Shown here: piece after piece, positions 18,801-28,073 of the stretch
Layout: each line of letters starts with the position of its first letter
Numbering within the stretch: position 1 is the stretch's first letter
Source of the DNA: a virus
Lineage: Duplodnaviria; Caudoviricetes
Virus record (IMG/VR): IMGVR_UViG_3300043093_000048
Span: 192,001 to 256,000 of that record
DNA length: 64,000 bases
Reading direction: 5' to 3' (one strand)
Program-made: the position numbers and the translations under genes
The notes under the pieces: generated by a model
What the model saw: only the letters and a program-made list of their open reading frames with translations
The model's database searches: none
Told to the model about the DNA's origin: nothing

Positions 18801-19488
18801 AGCTTCAGCAACTGCAACTACGGCTACTTCAGATGCAGGTGTTGCTATTGGTGATTTATATGTAACATTAGAAGGTTATGTTGATGCTAAAGATGTTTTA
18901 TCACAATATGCTTCTGGAGATGATATATGGGATGGCGTTTCATCTTATAATTATGCGGATAGCTCGGATTATACATCTACCGCTGCTGCAAATTATGATC
19001 CAACAAGTAGTAGTGAAGATGACGAAACATCTACTGCAACTCCAACAGCTTCTAGCAGTTCTTCATCTACACCAACATCTAGTAGTACACCTTCTTCTAG
19101 TGATAGCACTTCTAGTTCTACTAGTAGTAGTACTCCATCATCTAGTAGTACACCTTCTTCTAGCGGTAGTACTTCTGGTTCTACTAATAATCCTACTACA
19201 ACAACCACTACTACAACTCCAACAGTATCTACGCCAACTGATAGCAATACATCTACAGAAATATATCAAAGTAATGGTACATTATATGTAGTAAATAATA
19301 TTGAATATGGAATTAAAGCTAATATAGCAGATATTCTAAAAGAATTTAATGAATTAAATGACATACAAGATGATAGCTTAGATATATTAAATGTAATATA
19401 TCAAAAATTATTAAAACGTAATGGAAAAAGTAAAAATACAAAAATTGATGGTTATGACTATTCTTTAAAGTATAGAAGATTCGTATAA
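12883..19488 (+). CDS. Giant tail-associated lysin A (tape-measure-like N-part; C39 His half; GH73 glucosaminidase; SGNH hydrolase)
   Basis: SGSPVILMG..PHYVVATGYDG (C39-like); LASVTLAQSIIESGFG..HNWFG (GH73); WTGDSRT..GVN..TDNLHY (SGNH); S/T linkers. Confidence 0.8.
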   Translation: MAGYKSSKELLDKGKNNLKEMSGQNKDLNETIASYSEEETRLNAPTSSRMQAIAVSEKFISSLQETSSLIEQTNSSLVGFKSALEGVASQATTATNCLLASNLVSLTQINSVLSAFRADFLINSSGGKADGTGYYDKNLLTQSLRDIKIQDRAVLSILKYVNKAANYANKSSNTVRSQLGNNTMAKDDDESNGIMDKLLGGLTQAKGLAGLGAFLQLAPGKGKVGKALNKIGGKAANFAQADTSSIGGLLESLMSDKQKAQILDPLKSLGMDLGNKNDPLSQMLGDFMKKNGLSKSKKEKEKDPKLVMTSLAPFADDIKDMVEVKVKAMHARPTSIPDYATPVWVVNSEEQTDYVKNKDKTKDKELTNKRIDEIFQGVANNTKDKFGNDLLTANYGENGVTYSGVLADKYSKGKKAVNARNELNDKQKASQKKVYDRNHEDSSWVDENGKIQKGGGDFKQAAEEFSKSRGAADNSGILGAAGSLLSGDTEGALNVALQSIMSGDGISGAFGYGKGLFNLGKSAFGGIKGSHKGGKKKGTGSKPYLVQVHDNERILGPDNVAEQTAINDTSKILGMTIGMLNYGISLTQMKNQLFIKYVNKEKFSPEELQTNNELLGADAIAQIGKVSDASEYLRTISDLKQKLSGKKQDRQLAERLDDGKQEKKKSLKDIVKEKLKDAEKKLKDKVQDFLGLKEEEEKKDKEDKEKKVDEKKDEIDQQSDAEVSEYQEEKAQEVEDQKEEAEKNAQAQVAANQEKIDQQVEDQEKAQEQEGQAQVAANQERINQEVKQKIEEDNENAEEKKKIIDKYENKINEVEKKSKMKALKIKIKGTKKALKEKMKGVKEAFDLSMLANIDLSNLSIDGIKEIIKDKINDIKRSLINKLKAKAKIILKSLTKKNLIETLKTEKTNLLERIKGMAHNASDIIETIGTGMGAAVDALEAVPIAGPALKLAAGIAAGTAVAGIGLAIKKAIDKGKEANVNADKETKKFEKTADKEKKKAEKEQEKKDKEKEKEENSKAKASTTQEKEKDDKDIDKTKDELDKFKTDDEKNGKAKPHKKGGLLGALLGGPKNDLLHYLNKNQIKALETGSKSKFANLMLKDPKKAANIIFMLNGGPMLLGFKDTKTEDLNNLESVTATNSNSNSSSSSKNTIWSKLKNKLSQKKLLSDDLSDEGYSENIDTAALQYEQTKNSANIISAFASGLGFAKLEDDSGTSLFTTTIRKTAQQEALTKNLGTATAASTTSTGTTAASTTSTDDDSSSSDNRFNGSKYIGYDEDGTWSNSTTNSDIDSSGYFSKSNSSSSKTLVTKILNNNWLKYKNDNNITDSTTTNGSSYPRKFLNSEYDKMYTAFISGVPFSGTTSKNYMHSKLASSISESDAWTVPDSIKNSDTEKNAVRDYINKKSGVKYTKYGLGISGLYGLGDENDEDFLDASGYALSKGYKEKDGGTYPQFFTDYLKKDNIEVENAGSVNKIKNRLASGSPVILMGKDESENGTTPYGAEPHYVVATGYDGKNIRVVDSESTNDYDIYNADKVLSHSSIKLGTTNSKKGKGRKVRSKSGRARKTSKNKKYDNKRTVGGSRTYSTTIIKSASDYGTSSSSKISNNYSKQNNSSRRVSNNRRKSYLKSGKGKYGRGYVEQINANPELLKGAQDGWTMYGILASVTLAQSIIESGFGTSNLAKNYHNWFGHTAGFASDKYMTGTYQGSHEWAVYASDGDCFRDHAYVLSGQSGNTRYMAAVGEADPRASITAIENGGYCEGDPNSYIDKVMNIIDSYNLTQFDVGEYNGVAAGSGAVVYSKTCWTGDSRTEQMANYFSDLEVYATKGGQTIDYFNQHYSEISDKEGYNIFCWYGVNGATASGAQKTAEAYNKLATDLKGKSQVFAGTIGHCPNGTGSGKVEGGAGQSIETQNEGVVTFNTELLQNLSSDIIVIDTYTYIKSLEDSMGAEAMTTDNLHYTKECSQKIREYVNQQIQAASATATTATSDAGVAIGDLYVTLEGYVDAKDVLSQYASGDDIWDGVSSYNYADSSDYTSTAAANYDPTSSSEDDETSTATPTASSSSSSTPTSSSTPSSSDSTSSSTSSSTPSSSSTPSSSGSTSGSTNNPTTTTTTTTPTVSTPTDSNTSTEIYQSNGTLYVVNNIEYGIKANIADILKEFNELNDIQDDSLDILNVIYQKLLKRNGKSKNTKIDGYDYSLKYRRFV
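13480..13683 (+). repeat. 204-nt direct repeat, copy 1 (copy 2 at 20146..20349)
   Basis: Identical by eye (GGTGGTTTAACACAAGCA...GATCCTTTAAAA), inside a roughly 1.3 kb paralogous region. Confidence 0.9.
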
Positions 19489-19512
19489 TTATTGAGATAG
19501 GAGTGATAAGAT

Positions 19513-22500
19513 ATGGCAAATATGAAATCTTCAAAACAGACAGCTAATCAAGCTACTAACAATCTTGATCCAAATATGAGTAAAATAGCTGAGCAAACAA
19601 GTGCTATAGCATCAAGCTTATCTCAACAAAGTAGTTCGATTCAAGCTTTAAAAGATTCTATATCTAGAAAAGAAGCTAGTGATGAAAAATCTAATAAACA
19701 AATTACTTCATCATTACAAAATTCTGATAAATATATACTTTCTATTAATACTAATTTAAAAAATATGAATCAAACAATAAGCTCTATGTCAAGTGTTGTA
19801 TCTAATATGACAATGAATAGTAGTGCTACAGTATCATTGTTAGGTTCTATTCAAACAAGTTTAGTACAAATTACAAGCGTATTAGCAGCTTTTAGATCAG
19901 ATTATTTATTAGTAAGTAGTGGTAATAAAGCAGATGGTACAGGTTATTATGATATGAACCTCTTAAAAGAAATTGGCAGTTCTTTAAGAGGTGTTAAAAG
20001 TGCTGAATTACAAAGACAAATTAGTTCAATTATTAAAGCTGCTAATTATGCTAATATGGCTTCTAATTCCGTTAGAAGTAAGCTTGGTAATAAAAATATG
20101 GCTAAAGATGGTGATGAACCAACAGGTGCTATAGATAAATTATTAGGTGGTTTAACACAAGCAAAAGGTCTTGCAGGTTTAGGAGCATTTCTACAATTAG
20201 CTCCAGGAAAAGGAAAGGTTGGTAAAGCTTTAAATAAAATAGGTGGTAAAGCTGCTAATTTTGCACAAGCTGATACATCTAGTATAGGTGGATTACTTGA
20301 ATCATTAATGTCTGATAAACAAAAAGCACAAATTTTAGATCCTTTAAAAAGTTTAGGAATGGACTTAAAAGGTAAAAATGATCCTTTAAGCCAAATGCTT
20401 GCTTCTTTTATGGATAAAAATGGATTATCAAAAGATAAAAAAGAAAAAGAAAAAGATCCTAATCTAGTTTGGTCGGCTTTAGCTCCTTTTGCAGATGATA
20501 TTAAAGATATGGTTGAAATGTCTTATGAAGGAGTTAAAAAAAGACCTAAAGCTATTCCTATATATGCTACACCTGTATGGGTGGTTAATAGTAAAGATCA
20601 AAATAATTATGTAGATCATTCTAAAGGAACTAATGAAAAAGATTTACTTAATAAAAGAATTGATGAAATATTCCAAGGTGTTGCTAATAATACTAAAGAT
20701 AAATTTGGTAATGATTTATTATCCATTAACCAAGGTGATAATGGTACAACATACTCTGGCGTATTAGCTGATAAATATAGTAAGGGTAAAAAAGCTGTTA
20801 ATGCTAGAAATGAATTAAATGATAAAAGAAATGCTGCTAATAAAAAAGTTTATGATAGAAATCATGAAGACTCTAGTTGGGTTGATGAAAATGGTAAAAT
20901 ACAAAAAGGTGGAGGAGATTTTAAACAAGCAACTGAAGAATTTAGCGGTATTAATGGTGCAGCAGGCAATTCTGGTATTTTAGGTGCAGCTGGTAGTTTA
21001 TTAAGTGGCGATACTGAAGGAGCTTTGAATGTAGCATTACAAAGTATAATGAGTGGTGATGGTATCTCTGGTGCTTTTGGTTACGGTAAAGGTTTATTTA
21101 AAATGGGAAAAGCTGCTTTTGGTGGCATTAAAGGTTCACATAAAGGTGGTAAAAAAGGTAAAGGTGTAGATCCACGTAAAAAAAATGATAAAAACTCTTA
21201 TGAAAATAGAGATGAAACTACTAATGAGCATGAAGTAACTCCTATTACTGCAGAAACTACTATTTTAAATGAAAAAGATACTAAAGAAGCTAAAACTAAT
21301 AGAGATATTTTAACAGGACAAATTACTGTAGCAGGTGCTATTAATGCTTTAGTAGATATGAGCACACAAGAAAATATTTATTTAAGTCAAGCTGTAAATG
21401 ATGGCAAAGTTGATCCAACTAAAGTTAAAAAATATCCAAGTTCTTTTGATAGTTTAATAAAATTAGCTTCTTCTTTAAAAATAGATAAAGCAGGTTTAAA
21501 AGCTATTAGTCAATTTAAAAAAGTTTCTGATTTAACTAAAGTTATTAAAAAACCTAAAAATAAAACTATGACAACTTCTGAATATTTTTATGGCAAAACT
21601 CCTGAAGAATTAGAAGAAGAAAATAATGAAAAAGAAGGAGAAGAAAAGAAAGAAACTCCACTCGAAAAACTTATGAATAAAATTAATGACAAGAAAAAAG
21701 ATATTACTGATAAATTAAAGGATAAAGTTACAGGTAAATTAAAAGATAAAGTTATGCCTAAAGCTAAAGAATTAGGAAAAAAAGTATTAAATAAAGTTGA
21801 GAATAAGTTTGGAATGGCAGCAGGATCTGTAGGTAAAAAAATTAAATCTATGAAAGATATGAAAAAAAATTTTGAGGATAAAGTAGATAAAAAAGTAGAT
21901 GCTGCTCTTGATAAAGGTATGGATTTAGCTGCAAAAGGTGCTAAAAAAGTTGGTGGTGCTTTAGTAGGTCTTGGTAAAAAAATGGCTAATAAAATGAAAA
22001 AGAAAAAAGACCCAAATGCCGAACTTGAGAAAATGTATGAAGACCAATTAAAAGCTAAACAAGATGTTGGTGAAAAAGAAAAGGAAGCTGCAGAATATGC
22101 AGTAGCTAAAGAAAAGGAAGCTGCAGAAGATGCAGCAGCTAAAGAAAAAGAAACAGCACAGGAAATATCGGATGAAGAAAAGAAGGCTGCAGAAGAAAGA
22201 GAAAAAACTAGAAAAGAAAATGAAGAAAAGCTTAAAGAAAAAAGAGAACAAGCACAGAAACAAGAAATAGAACATGAACAAGCTGCTGCAGATGCTGAAC
22301 TAGCAGTTAAAACAACAACTGCTGAAACTGAAGGAGCAGTTCAAGAAGCTGCTGCTACTGGTGAATCTGGTTTTAGTATTACTGGTGCTATTAAAAATGC
22401 TATAACAAAAGTTTCTGGTTTGCCATTGCCTGCTAAAATAGCATTAGGTGCTGCTGGTGTTGCTGCAGTAGGTGCTTTAGGAGCAAAGTTAATTAAGAAA

Positions 22501-25500
22501 ATTAAAAAAATGGCATCAGGCAAAGGTGGAAAAGGTTCTGGAGATTCTGGTGGCAGTGAAGCAAAAGCTTCAGTTAGTAAAGATGCTACAAAAGCTGCTA
22601 AAAAAGAACAAAAGAAACAAGAAAAAGAACAAAAGAAACAAGAAAGAAAAGAAAAAAGAGAAAAAGCTAAAAAGAAAATAAAAAGAGGTGCAAGATCTTT
22701 TCTTAATAGATTAACTGGTGGATTAACTGCTGCAAAAGTTTATGTAGATGAAAATGGTGATGTTTTAAAATCTAAAGGTGACGAACCAATCATGATGTTA
22801 GATGATAATGGCGATGAAACAGACCAAACTTTAAATGTTAAAGATAGTGATGGTAAAAAGCAGTTTCTTAAAAGATTAATGAAAAGAGAATTTAAAATAG
22901 ATAAAGGTAAAGCTCTTAAACAAGCTTTAAATAAAATTAAAAATAAAGCTAAAGAAAAAATAGAAGCTGCTAAAGAAAAAATATCTGAAGGTAAAGAAAA
23001 TGCTAAATCTTCTTTAAAAAAAGGTCTTGGAATTGCAGGAAAAATAGGTCTTGGATTAATAGGTGGTCCAGGTGCTTTAATTGCAGGTGGTTTAGCTAAA
23101 AAAGCTATTGGTGGATTAACTAAAAAGAAAAATGAAAAAGCCGATAAATTAAATCAATTATTATTAATGTCATCTTCTGCTTATTTATTCATGGATTCTA
23201 AACTTCAAGAACAATTAGAAAATATTGAAAATAGTGATTTTGGTAAATTAATAAATGAAAATCCACAACAAGCTTCTAGCTTATTATTTAGTACTGCTGC
23301 AAGTAGTCTTAATAGTATAATTAGTGGTGTATCAGATGTTACAAGTGATTTATCGTCTGTTGTAAGTAGCTTAGTCGATAAGGTTACTGGTGATGATGAA
23401 GAAACTAAAGCTAAGTCTGCATATTCTTCAGACTTATCGGATGGCTCTTTCAGTGAAAGTGCTACAGTTGCTTATGCACAGATGAATGAACGTAATAATA
23501 ATAATGAAGTATTAAACTCTTTTGCTAAAAGTATAGTCGGAACAGCTTCTACTGCTAGTGATAATGGTAATGCAATGACTACTTCTAAATTAGTTAATTC
23601 AGAAAGAAAAAATAATGCTGTAAAAATTGGTGTAGTAGATGGTGTGGCAGGAAGTTCAGCAACAGCTTCTAGCGGTAATGGTGGTGCAGGTGTCTTAGCT
23701 GCAACAGCTCAAGTCTGTGTAGCTTATAACAACGCAGGTATTACTGGTAAAGAAGGTGACTATAATCAAGATGGCTTAACCCTTGATATTAATGTTGGTG
23801 GGCAAACTATTAATACTAGACCTGACTGTACTGGTTTGATTGATGCTGTACTTGAATATATGGGTTATGATTCTGAAAAAATGAATTCTCTTAAATTTAA
23901 AGAATGCTCAGGTATTAAAGACTCTTCTGGTAATATTTCTACAGACTGGACTCTTATTGATAGCCCTGAATTAACTGATATTCAAGCAGGCGATATTTGT
24001 ATCGTAAATAGTAATGGTAATCACCATGGTGAAATTGCTGCTGGTCCTATTGATGATAGTGGTACATTATATGGATTTAACTATGGTTGGGAAACAGGTA
24101 TGAAAAGATCAAATGCTGCTGCAGCAGAAGCTTTAGCAGGCACTGATTATTTAACTGCTTGTATTAACAATAGTTCTACAATTAATGGACATAAATATTA
24201 TGACCGTATTATTAGATATAATGTTGCTACAACTACTAACTCTAATTCATCTTCTTCTGCTTCTGTATCAGCAGGTATGTCAGCTGATACATTCTTTATT
24301 AATGATTTAGGATTAGATTCTTCTAATCCAACATCTAGAGGATTCTCTGCACATAAAGGTACTGACTATAGAGCAGCTTCTGGTACAGCAGTTCATACAC
24401 CAACAGGTGGTACTGTTGTTAAAGCTACTAAGGATCAAGCATCTATTTCATCATCTATGGGTAGATATGTAATAATTAAAGATAATGATGGTAACTATTG
24501 GAGATATATGCATTTTAGCGCTATACCTTCTGTTGCTACTGGAGATAGTTTAACACCTGGTCAACTTATTGGTTATTCAGGTGGAGATACTAGTGACCCT
24601 TATAGAGGTGATTCTACTGGAGCACATCTTCACGTAGACTTATCATCATCAAGCACAGTTGATGGCAAGAATAATAATATGATGGATGTACAAAAGTATA
24701 CTTTAACTGGTAAAGGTAGATCAAGTAATAATCATATTTATCAAAGAGATTATTCTAATTATATTTATAATACCGATAAAGACTCTGAATTACAAACATT
24801 AGGTGACTCTGGTTGTGGACCTGCTGCAGCAACTGCTGTTAAAAGATATTATGTCGGAAGAGGTCTTAAGAAGTATGGTGGAGATAAAGAAGATGATACA
24901 ACTACAACTGATACAACAACAGCAACTGCTTCTGAAGATACAACTGATACAAATACTGCAACAGATAGTACAGCAGATGCATCTACAACACAAAAAACTG
25001 CAACTGTTGGTGAATCAGTAACAGTTGTTGATGAGAAATTTAATCATACTTATGAATTAACTTTACAACAATGTCATATAGATGTATGGAATGGAATAAA
25101 AGCTGCAGGACTTACTGACGAAGCTGCTTGTGGTGTTTTAGGTAACTTTCTATCAGAATGTGGTAGCGGTGACTGGAACGAAGAAGTTGCTAAAGGTAAA
25201 ACAGGTTATGGCGGTGGTCTTATGCAATGGACTCCTTATACTAAGCACCAAAATTGGTGTACTTCAAATGGTTATAGTGGTAAAGATACTACAATGGAAG
25301 CAAATATAGCTCATGTCGTTTATGCTTTACAAAATGAAGGTAACTTCTCAAATCCAGCAAGTGCTGATCCTTCTTTAGCTTCACAAGGTTATAATCCTGT
25401 AAGTTCTTATGAAGAATTTAAAGCTTTAACTAGTGTAGAAGATGCAGCAGTTAACTATGAAAGAATTTACGAAGTATCATATAACTGGAATGGTAAAACT

Positions 25501-26508
25501 AGCGAAAATGCACATGCTCTTGAAGATTGGGAAATGTATGATAGACCTAGAGTATATCACGCTATATGTTTCTATAATTTACTCTGTGGTACATATAAAG
25601 GCGGTACAACATCAGGTTCTACTTCTGCTGTTTCAGGAAATCTTGGTTTAACTGGTTATATTAATTTAATTACAGATAGCGCAGTTGATGGTTCTTCATT
25701 ATCTAGCTATTTATCTGGTTCTAATATCTGGGATACATCTTCAAGTTCATCTTCAGATAGTAGTGATGGTAGTACAGATAGTAGTACAACTTCAACTGAT
25801 AGTAATTCATCTTCAGGGTCTGGTAGAGGAAAACGAAGATTTGCTAGAAGTCATAAAAGAAATGGAAAAGGTAAATATGGTTTTGGTATTACAAGTGAAG
25901 ATTCAGTAGGATTTGCTAATACACACTTCGTTGCAGCAGGTAGTGATGATGATTCTTCAACAGATAGCACAACTTCTTCAAGTAGTTCTTCTAGTGATAG
26001 TTCTTCATCAGCATCTCCTTCAAGTAGTTCTTCTTCAAGCAGTAGTAGCTCATCATTAAATAATACATCAAGCAGTAGTACAAATTCATCTAATAATAAT
26101 AGTAGTAGTTCTTCAAGTAGTAGTACTCCTTCTACAAATTCATCTAATAGTTCTTCATTAAGTGCAACAATAGATTCTTATATTAAAAATAAAATGACAC
26201 TAACTGATGTAGATAGTAATGGTAATAAATCTTCAACTACTAATATATATACTAGTGATAATAAAACTACTTTAACAACTAATGGTAAAACTACTATAGT
26301 AATTTGTAATAATTTTGCTGAAAAATCAACAACTGATTTAAGTAATATATTAACTAATTTTAAACGTTTAAATGGAACACAAAACAATGCATTAAAAGTA
26401 TTAAACGCTATTTCAGATTTAATTAAAGAAGAAAATACTAGCGAAGATGGAATAACTAAATTAAGATTAGATAATGATGGATTAGATTATATATTAAAAG
26501 GATTATAA
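19513..26508 (+). CDS. Giant tail-associated lysin B, paralog of A (NlpC/P60-CHAP-like amidase; M23 peptidase; C39 Cys half; phage tail lysozyme)
   Basis: RPDCTGLI..GDICIV..HHGEI; HKGTDY..YMHF..STGAHLH; TLGDSGCGPAAA; LTDEAACGVLGNFLSECG..GLMQWT. Confidence 0.8.
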   Translation: MANMKSSKQTANQATNNLDPNMSKIAEQTSAIASSLSQQSSSIQALKDSISRKEASDEKSNKQITSSLQNSDKYILSINTNLKNMNQTISSMSSVVSNMTMNSSATVSLLGSIQTSLVQITSVLAAFRSDYLLVSSGNKADGTGYYDMNLLKEIGSSLRGVKSAELQRQISSIIKAANYANMASNSVRSKLGNKNMAKDGDEPTGAIDKLLGGLTQAKGLAGLGAFLQLAPGKGKVGKALNKIGGKAANFAQADTSSIGGLLESLMSDKQKAQILDPLKSLGMDLKGKNDPLSQMLASFMDKNGLSKDKKEKEKDPNLVWSALAPFADDIKDMVEMSYEGVKKRPKAIPIYATPVWVVNSKDQNNYVDHSKGTNEKDLLNKRIDEIFQGVANNTKDKFGNDLLSINQGDNGTTYSGVLADKYSKGKKAVNARNELNDKRNAANKKVYDRNHEDSSWVDENGKIQKGGGDFKQATEEFSGINGAAGNSGILGAAGSLLSGDTEGALNVALQSIMSGDGISGAFGYGKGLFKMGKAAFGGIKGSHKGGKKGKGVDPRKKNDKNSYENRDETTNEHEVTPITAETTILNEKDTKEAKTNRDILTGQITVAGAINALVDMSTQENIYLSQAVNDGKVDPTKVKKYPSSFDSLIKLASSLKIDKAGLKAISQFKKVSDLTKVIKKPKNKTMTTSEYFYGKTPEELEEENNEKEGEEKKETPLEKLMNKINDKKKDITDKLKDKVTGKLKDKVMPKAKELGKKVLNKVENKFGMAAGSVGKKIKSMKDMKKNFEDKVDKKVDAALDKGMDLAAKGAKKVGGALVGLGKKMANKMKKKKDPNAELEKMYEDQLKAKQDVGEKEKEAAEYAVAKEKEAAEDAAAKEKETAQEISDEEKKAAEEREKTRKENEEKLKEKREQAQKQEIEHEQAAADAELAVKTTTAETEGAVQEAAATGESGFSITGAIKNAITKVSGLPLPAKIALGAAGVAAVGALGAKLIKKIKKMASGKGGKGSGDSGGSEAKASVSKDATKAAKKEQKKQEKEQKKQERKEKREKAKKKIKRGARSFLNRLTGGLTAAKVYVDENGDVLKSKGDEPIMMLDDNGDETDQTLNVKDSDGKKQFLKRLMKREFKIDKGKALKQALNKIKNKAKEKIEAAKEKISEGKENAKSSLKKGLGIAGKIGLGLIGGPGALIAGGLAKKAIGGLTKKKNEKADKLNQLLLMSSSAYLFMDSKLQEQLENIENSDFGKLINENPQQASSLLFSTAASSLNSIISGVSDVTSDLSSVVSSLVDKVTGDDEETKAKSAYSSDLSDGSFSESATVAYAQMNERNNNNEVLNSFAKSIVGTASTASDNGNAMTTSKLVNSERKNNAVKIGVVDGVAGSSATASSGNGGAGVLAATAQVCVAYNNAGITGKEGDYNQDGLTLDINVGGQTINTRPDCTGLIDAVLEYMGYDSEKMNSLKFKECSGIKDSSGNISTDWTLIDSPELTDIQAGDICIVNSNGNHHGEIAAGPIDDSGTLYGFNYGWETGMKRSNAAAAEALAGTDYLTACINNSSTINGHKYYDRIIRYNVATTTNSNSSSSASVSAGMSADTFFINDLGLDSSNPTSRGFSAHKGTDYRAASGTAVHTPTGGTVVKATKDQASISSSMGRYVIIKDNDGNYWRYMHFSAIPSVATGDSLTPGQLIGYSGGDTSDPYRGDSTGAHLHVDLSSSSTVDGKNNNMMDVQKYTLTGKGRSSNNHIYQRDYSNYIYNTDKDSELQTLGDSGCGPAAATAVKRYYVGRGLKKYGGDKEDDTTTTDTTTATASEDTTDTNTATDSTADASTTQKTATVGESVTVVDEKFNHTYELTLQQCHIDVWNGIKAAGLTDEAACGVLGNFLSECGSGDWNEEVAKGKTGYGGGLMQWTPYTKHQNWCTSNGYSGKDTTMEANIAHVVYALQNEGNFSNPASADPSLASQGYNPVSSYEEFKALTSVEDAAVNYERIYEVSYNWNGKTSENAHALEDWEMYDRPRVYHAICFYNLLCGTYKGGTTSGSTSAVSGNLGLTGYINLITDSAVDGSSLSSYLSGSNIWDTSSSSSSDSSDGSTDSSTTSTDSNSSSGSGRGKRRFARSHKRNGKGKYGFGITSEDSVGFANTHFVAAGSDDDSSTDSTTSSSSSSSDSSSSASPSSSSSSSSSSSSLNNTSSSSTNSSNNNSSSSSSSSTPSTNSSNSSSLSATIDSYIKNKMTLTDVDSNGNKSSTTNIYTSDNKTTLTTNGKTTIVICNNFAEKSTTDLSNILTNFKRLNGTQNNALKVLNAISDLIKEENTSEDGITKLRLDNDGLDYILKGL
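20146..20349 (+). repeat. 204-nt direct repeat, copy 2
   Basis: Matches 13480..13683. Confidence 0.9.
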
Positions 26509-26513
26509 TAAAA

Positions 26514-26548
26514 ATAAGCTTAAAGGAATCCATTTCCTTTAAGCTTAT
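26514..26548 (+). terminator. Hairpin, probable terminator
   Basis: ATAAGCTTAAAGGAA/TTCCTTTAAGCTTAT; weak U tail. Confidence 0.6.
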
Positions 26549-26579
26549 AATTAAATTTAAATTGAAGGGAGTAATTAAT

Positions 26580-28055
26580 ATGCCAGATAGTTTTACTGAT
26601 ACTTCTTCAGCTTTTGAAGGTACTGACTTAGAAACTGAAGGTTATGAAACTTTTTATTCAGAAGATAGTGAACATTCTAATGTTATTGACACTACTGATA
26701 CTCAAGATTCAGAAGGTCTTACGACAACTGGACAAGCTATGTCTTCTCATATGGTAACAACTTTAACAGGTTCAACATTTAAGGGTATGGTATATGGTTA
26801 TGATAATAAAGTATTTGGAATGCCTTATAAATATACAACTTTAGCAGATCCTTTAGCTAGAGTTTATCAATCTACTTTTGAATCAGATAATACTTGTATA
26901 GCATTTATTAAATTTGGAACACCTAATATTAATAGACTTTTATATCAAAAAATGTCAGCCGATACTACTGATGCTGAAAATTCATCATTTGGTATTGGCT
27001 CTAGTATCATGCTAGGACTTAGATCTGCAGTAGACCCTGAGCATAAAGCCACGGATCAAAATTTAATTTCTTTTCATGAAGATATGTCTGAATTTATGAA
27101 ATATGCTTCATCTTCATTATCACAAGTTTATACATTATTAGACCTTCCAGGTTATTTCTCAGCAGATGATTCTTGGGATGTTTTTAATGATAATGGTTTT
27201 GCTTTTTATTGTGTAAAAACTGGTTCCTTTCAAGAAGGTGTTTCAAATACTTATACTGAACCATCTATTATTTCAAGTATGAATGGTAAAGCTGCTGAAA
27301 TGAGAGAAAATTATCAGTTATATGGTACTTATGGAAATGTAAATACTGGTGGCTCAGCTACAAGTTGGTTAAATAATATTGCTACAGGTTTAGTTGAAAA
27401 TATTACAAATGCTATTGCAAGTCTTCCAATTGTTGGTTCTGTAGCATCTGTATTCATGACAACCAATAAAGGTTCTATGTCATATTATGGAAAAATATGG
27501 TCTGATTCTAAATCAGATAGATCAATATCAATGTCATTTAAATTTAGAACACCATATGGTAATAAATATGATATATTTAGAAATGTATTATTTCCATTTT
27601 TATTATTACACACAGCTTCAATCCCTAAACAAGATGGTAGATATAGTTATCAAGAACCTTTTATGATACAAGTAGATTTTCCAGGATGGTTTAGAGTAAA
27701 TTGTGGTGTAATTACTAATTTATCATGGGTCAAAGGTGGAGATAATCAACTATGGAATAGTGATGGATTACCATTAGAATTAAGTGTAACAATGGCTATT
27801 GAAGATTTATATCCTATTGAATTATCTTCAAAAAATATGACTGTTATTGCTTATAATTATGGTTTATTATCATTTCTAGAAAATTTAGCAGGATTAACTA
27901 CAAGTGAATGCTCATCCTTCTTAGGTGATGAAGCAATGGGTATTTATATAAAACAAAATTTAGCTAAATATGGCGGAACAATAGGTGGAACAATTCATTC
28001 TTATATGAATGCAGCATTCCGTAGATTTACAGGTAGTTCATTTATGGGTTTTTAA
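26580..28055 (+). CDS. Putative baseplate/tail-tube-initiator-like structural protein
   Basis: KIWSDS..RSISMSFKFRTPYG..YQEPF..GVITNLSWVKGG..DGLPLELSVTMAIEDL resembles contractile-tail gp48/tube-like proteins; ATG 26580 after AAGGGAG. Confidence 0.6.
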   Translation: MPDSFTDTSSAFEGTDLETEGYETFYSEDSEHSNVIDTTDTQDSEGLTTTGQAMSSHMVTTLTGSTFKGMVYGYDNKVFGMPYKYTTLADPLARVYQSTFESDNTCIAFIKFGTPNINRLLYQKMSADTTDAENSSFGIGSSIMLGLRSAVDPEHKATDQNLISFHEDMSEFMKYASSSLSQVYTLLDLPGYFSADDSWDVFNDNGFAFYCVKTGSFQEGVSNTYTEPSIISSMNGKAAEMRENYQLYGTYGNVNTGGSATSWLNNIATGLVENITNAIASLPIVGSVASVFMTTNKGSMSYYGKIWSDSKSDRSISMSFKFRTPYGNKYDIFRNVLFPFLLLHTASIPKQDGRYSYQEPFMIQVDFPGWFRVNCGVITNLSWVKGGDNQLWNSDGLPLELSVTMAIEDLYPIELSSKNMTVIAYNYGLLSFLENLAGLTTSECSSFLGDEAMGIYIKQNLAKYGGTIGGTIHSYMNAAFRRFTGSSFMGF

Positions 28056-28073
28056 ATAATATTAAAAATTATC

